Of a DNA stretch of 64,000 nt, positions 53,013-64,000 are shown piece after piece. The notes below the pieces were generated by a model. It was not told the DNA's origin, made no database searches, and worked only from the letters and a program-made list of their open reading frames with translations. The position numbers and the translations under genes are program-made. Every line of letters begins with the position of its first letter. Within the stretch, counting starts at the first letter, position 1. Source of the DNA: the human T2T-CHM13v2.0 reference genome, Homo sapiens; NCBI RefSeq assembly GCF_009914755.1, contig NC_060925.1; one strand, 5' to 3'.

Positions 53013-53346
53013 TATTTTAGTCCATTTGAGCTTCTATAACAAAATATCTTGGACTGGGTAATTTTTAAACAACAGAAATTTATTGCTCACAGATTGGAGG
53101 GTGGGAAGCCCAAGATCAAGGCACCAGCAAGTTTGGCATAAGATAAGGACCCATTCCTCACAGATGGAGGCCTTTACGGGCCCTCACATGGTGGAAGGGG
53201 CAAAGGACTCCCTCAAGCCTCTTATAACCACACTAATCCCATTTATGAGGATTACAGACTCCCAAAGGCCCAATATATTAATACCATCACCTTTGGGATT
53301 AGCTTTCAACGCATGAATTTTAGAGGGTAACAAAAAGACCATAGCA
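53013..53346. mobile_element. MaLR solo LTR (MLT1A-like)
   Basis: ttagtccatttgagcttctataacaaaat...aaatttattgctcacag...ccaagatcaaggcaccagca. Confidence 0.75.
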
Positions 53347-54049
53347 AAACTACATGCCTAACCCAGAGAGGAATCACATCCTTTCACATCAACAAAACCA
53401 AGCACAAATTCATGTCTCAGAGCAATAGAAATACTGTAACAATGAGAGAATTCAGAGAAGACACAAGGAATTAGGACAGGAAACAACTCAGAGACAACAC
53501 AGAAGAAAGATACCTAAATGACAGGGATTTCTCTAGTTCTGAAAAATAGAATTTTTTTTTTTCTGTGTTTAAGATCAGGGCTTGGAGAAGGTTTATAGGC
53601 TCCTCCCAAATATTATGATCAGAAACTAATAGTATGGAGATTATTTTATACAGACATTCCAGAAAAACAAGCCTAGCCGACTTCAGTCTTAAGATTTCTT
53701 AATTTCAAGAGACTATCTTAGGCTAAGCTAGTTGCCACAGAAAAGGTAATATAATAAATTGTTTAATTAATTATACCATCAAATTCTTTAGGAAATCAGA
53801 GAACTGATAAAAAAATTTAAAACAATCCTCAATGAAAATAATAAGAACAAAGACTTCAAATGAAGATCTACAGACCTTTCCTATGATTAAAAATACAAGA
53901 ATTTTTAAATAGAGACTTGAAAATATCTATTTTGCTTGCAAGCTCTTCACTTCCTTGGTGTTGCTGGATGTTTTATGGAGAGTATCCTCAGGAAAACTGA
54001 GGTAATGCTATGGTGGTAAAATTATAAATATAAGATGGACATTAGGTCA

Positions 54050-54516
54050 TCTAGATCAGCCTGTCCAAAAGAGATATAATGCAGTCCACTTATGCAAAGC
54101 TAAATGTTCTAATCACTACAATTAAAAGCTTTTTAAAAAAGATGAAAAATATATATATAAGATATATATATTAAGATATATCTTAAATAGAGATGGGGTC
54201 TTGAGAGGCTGGTCTCAAACTCCTGGGCTTAAGCAATCCTCCCACCTAGGCCTCCCAAAGTGCTACCATTAGAGGAGTGAGCCACCAGGCCCAGCCTGAA
54301 ATTAATTTTAATAATTTATTTTATCAAATACAGTTGAAATGTCACTTCAACAGGTAAACAAAATTTTTTCAATTACCAAGATAGTCTCTTTTTCAAATCA
54401 AGTTTTAAAATCTAGTACATATTTTACTCTTACAGCATATCACAAGTCAAACCAGCCAGATTTTGGGTACTCAATTGCTACATATGGTTACTGGCTACCA
54501 TACTACACAATACTAG
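54050..54516. mobile_element. MER33-like hAT relic interrupted by an Alu fragment (54190-54296)
   Basis: ctgtccaaaagagatataatgc...actggctaccatactac. Confidence 0.65.
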
Positions 54517-54702
54517 TATTGTCTAGTATTGCCTTTTCTTTTTTCATTTTATGGTAGACAATATGGTCGACCATACTAGACCATACTAGATCTAGATTTT
54601 GGTAGGATATAAAGATACATAAATTAAGTTTTCAAAGATTCCTGTTGACTATATTTTTAAAAATCATAAAATACATTTGCTAGTTTAAAAAGAACCCTTT
54701 CT

Positions 54703-54997
<295 letters not shown>

Positions 54998-55814
54998 ACC
55001 ACTTCTTTTTCTTCATTCTCATATCTCAGCCCCCAAAATATGCTAAAAAGCAAAATATGATTCCAAATAACAGAATATAAAAACGGAACAAATATGGCTG
55101 CAATGCCAAAGTTTTAAACCACGCAAATAATGGCTCACTCAAAATTTAAATTAGCAACATTCCCCTCCTTAATTAAAATGCAATCCTATTATACTTGAGA
55201 CTTACCTCCATAAATTCATCTCTGCCAAAGCCTTTGTGATTTTAAAATGAAAAAAGAAAAGCACATTTAACACACAAGGGGGAAAAAAAACTATCCGATT
55301 TCAACTTTAAAGCTATCAATTATTAACTTTCATCAAATAGATCTTTGACATTACATTAAACCATTTCTTCACATCTTTCTGGGGTTGCTACATGCACTTA
55401 TTTTTAAAAAGTAATAGCCGCAGTAAAACTATGAAAAGAAAAAAGTTTCTTCATAGAATTTGATATTTTCATGTTTCTTAAATTTTAATTTTCTAAAATG
55501 TTATTTTTATACTTTCTGAATCAAAGAGAGTGAACACAACCAGAGAATCATCTACATTTGGGGAAGGGAAGAATAAATCCTAAATAAAAGCATCTACTTT
55601 GTTATGCTACAAAGTGTAAGTTGTATCTCATAATTTTTACTTTAGATATATAACTTACATATCTATATTACAAACCACAGAAGTAGAGAGAATTCAAATT
55701 ATTATCCTTGCAATTTTTCCCCAGACTTACTAGTTGGTGGGGCGATAGGACAGAACAGGAAGAAGAGCACTAAAGCTTAGTGTTTGTCATTTTACTTTAC
55801 TTAATCTTATTTTT

Positions 55815-56517
<703 letters not shown>

Positions 56518-56690
56518 AGTTTCAATGATTTTTAAAAATACACACACGCGACTCAAAATTTGAACCCAAAAGTTCAAATTTTTTAGTACTTCCACACAAG
56601 AATAAAGAGTGACTTAAACTTCTGCTCCTTTTATTTCTTCAAGTTCTTGTCAAAATCTCTTTTCTGAACATCTTTCAACAACTCTAGTAA

Positions 56691-62898
<6,208 letters not shown>

Positions 62899-63253
62899 AA
62901 AACTCCAGTAATTATTCCTTAGTTGTCAACATATATATTAAACACATCTGGTATTCTGGGGTAAATTGTGAATTGTATGGGAATAAGCAATTCATCTACA
63001 ACCACACCTTACCTACAACAATTTTAATATAACGCTTTGTGTATTTTAGTTGCACAGTAATTACTGATCACAACCATAAAAATAAATTCAACTTTGGTCA
63101 CTTACAAAATCTATACCAGAAGTTATCTTTACTGGAAACTACTTCATCCTTGTATATAATAACCAACTGAACACTTAAAAATCCTTTATACCCTTTAGCA
63201 CTGTCTGTAAGTGCTTTACTTTGTCAGTCCTGCCCCAACTTCATGTCCCACTA

Positions 63254-63786
63254 TTTTTTTTAATTACTTAAAATTATATTTTATGCTGACAAATACAAAT
63301 TGTATATATTTATCATGTACCACATGGCTAAATCAAGCTAATTCACATACTCATTACCTCTCATACTTTTTTTTGTGGTAAGAACACAAAAGCTACTCTC
63401 TTAGCAATTTTCAGGAATATAATATACTGTTATTAACAATAGTAACTGTATTATACTATAGATCTCTTGAACTTATTCCTCTTATCTAACTGATATTTCA
63501 TATCCTTTGATCAATATCTTTTTTTTAAATTTTATTATTATTAGACTTTTAAGTTTTAGGGTACATGTGCACAACGTGCAGGTTTGTTATATATGTATAC
63601 ATGAGCCACGTTGGTGTGCTGCACCCATTACCTCGTCATTTAGCATTAGGTATATCTCCTAATGCTATCCTTCCCCCCTCCCCCCACCCCACAACCGTCC
63701 CCAGTGTGTGATGTTCCCCTTCCTGTGTCCATGTGTTCTCACTGTTCAATTCTCACCTATGAGTGAGAACATGCAGTGTTTGGTTT
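63254..63786 (-). mobile_element. L1PA3/4-like 3' end (63518-63786) plus about 260 bp of older L1MA 3' sequence, inside one TSD
   Basis: TSD tcccactattttt at 63246-63258 and 63787-63799; two T tracts (63254-63261 and 63518-63527). Confidence 0.85.
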
Positions 63787-64000
63787 TCCCACTATTTTTC
63801 TATCACATATCTCCTTTTGCTCTATTTAATAGTCCCTTTCATTTCCTTTTCTGAGAACCTATTTGCTCATAACAGCCCTCACACAACCTAACACTCCACT
63901 TTGATCTTTCAAGATCCTCTTCTAATTTCATCTTATCCAAGAAACTTTCAGAATCTACATATTATTTTAAAAGACTATCTCTTCCCAAAACTTCTGACCA

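Overview
Human (primate) genomic DNA, AT-rich and repeat-dense, lying entirely inside the EVI5 gene, which is transcribed on the minus strand. I can place 11 coding exons with GT-AG boundaries and consistent phases. Seven exons (45944 down to 34665) encode the whole TBC Rab-GAP domain. Four exons (18082 down to 3554) start the coiled coil, including a 33-nt and a 147-nt cassette-type exon. The introns hold a full-length and a 5'-incomplete L1PA6/7-like LINE-1, about 32 Alus including a pristine AluYa5, a tailless U4 snRNA retrocopy, and MADE1, MER1B, Tigger3, MER58, MER33, MLT1, L2 and MIR relics. Nearly all ORFs in the supplied track are Alu/L1 artefacts. No prokaryote-style novel system is present. 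The best leads are: (1) the two L1s share three non-CpG inactivating lesions, implying ectopic gene conversion, and they bracket the TBC exons as an in-frame block; (2) a young AluYa5 forms an inverted pair around the 75-nt exon encoding the catalytic YCQG finger; (3) a candidate 26-nt microexon with a stop/start overlap lies just downstream of an L1 antisense promoter; (4) candidate poison and cassette exons plus RBFOX motifs; (5) two L1 3' transductions recognisable from their target-site duplications. Repeat subfamily names, reference residue numbers and consensus comparisons come from memory, not from a search.
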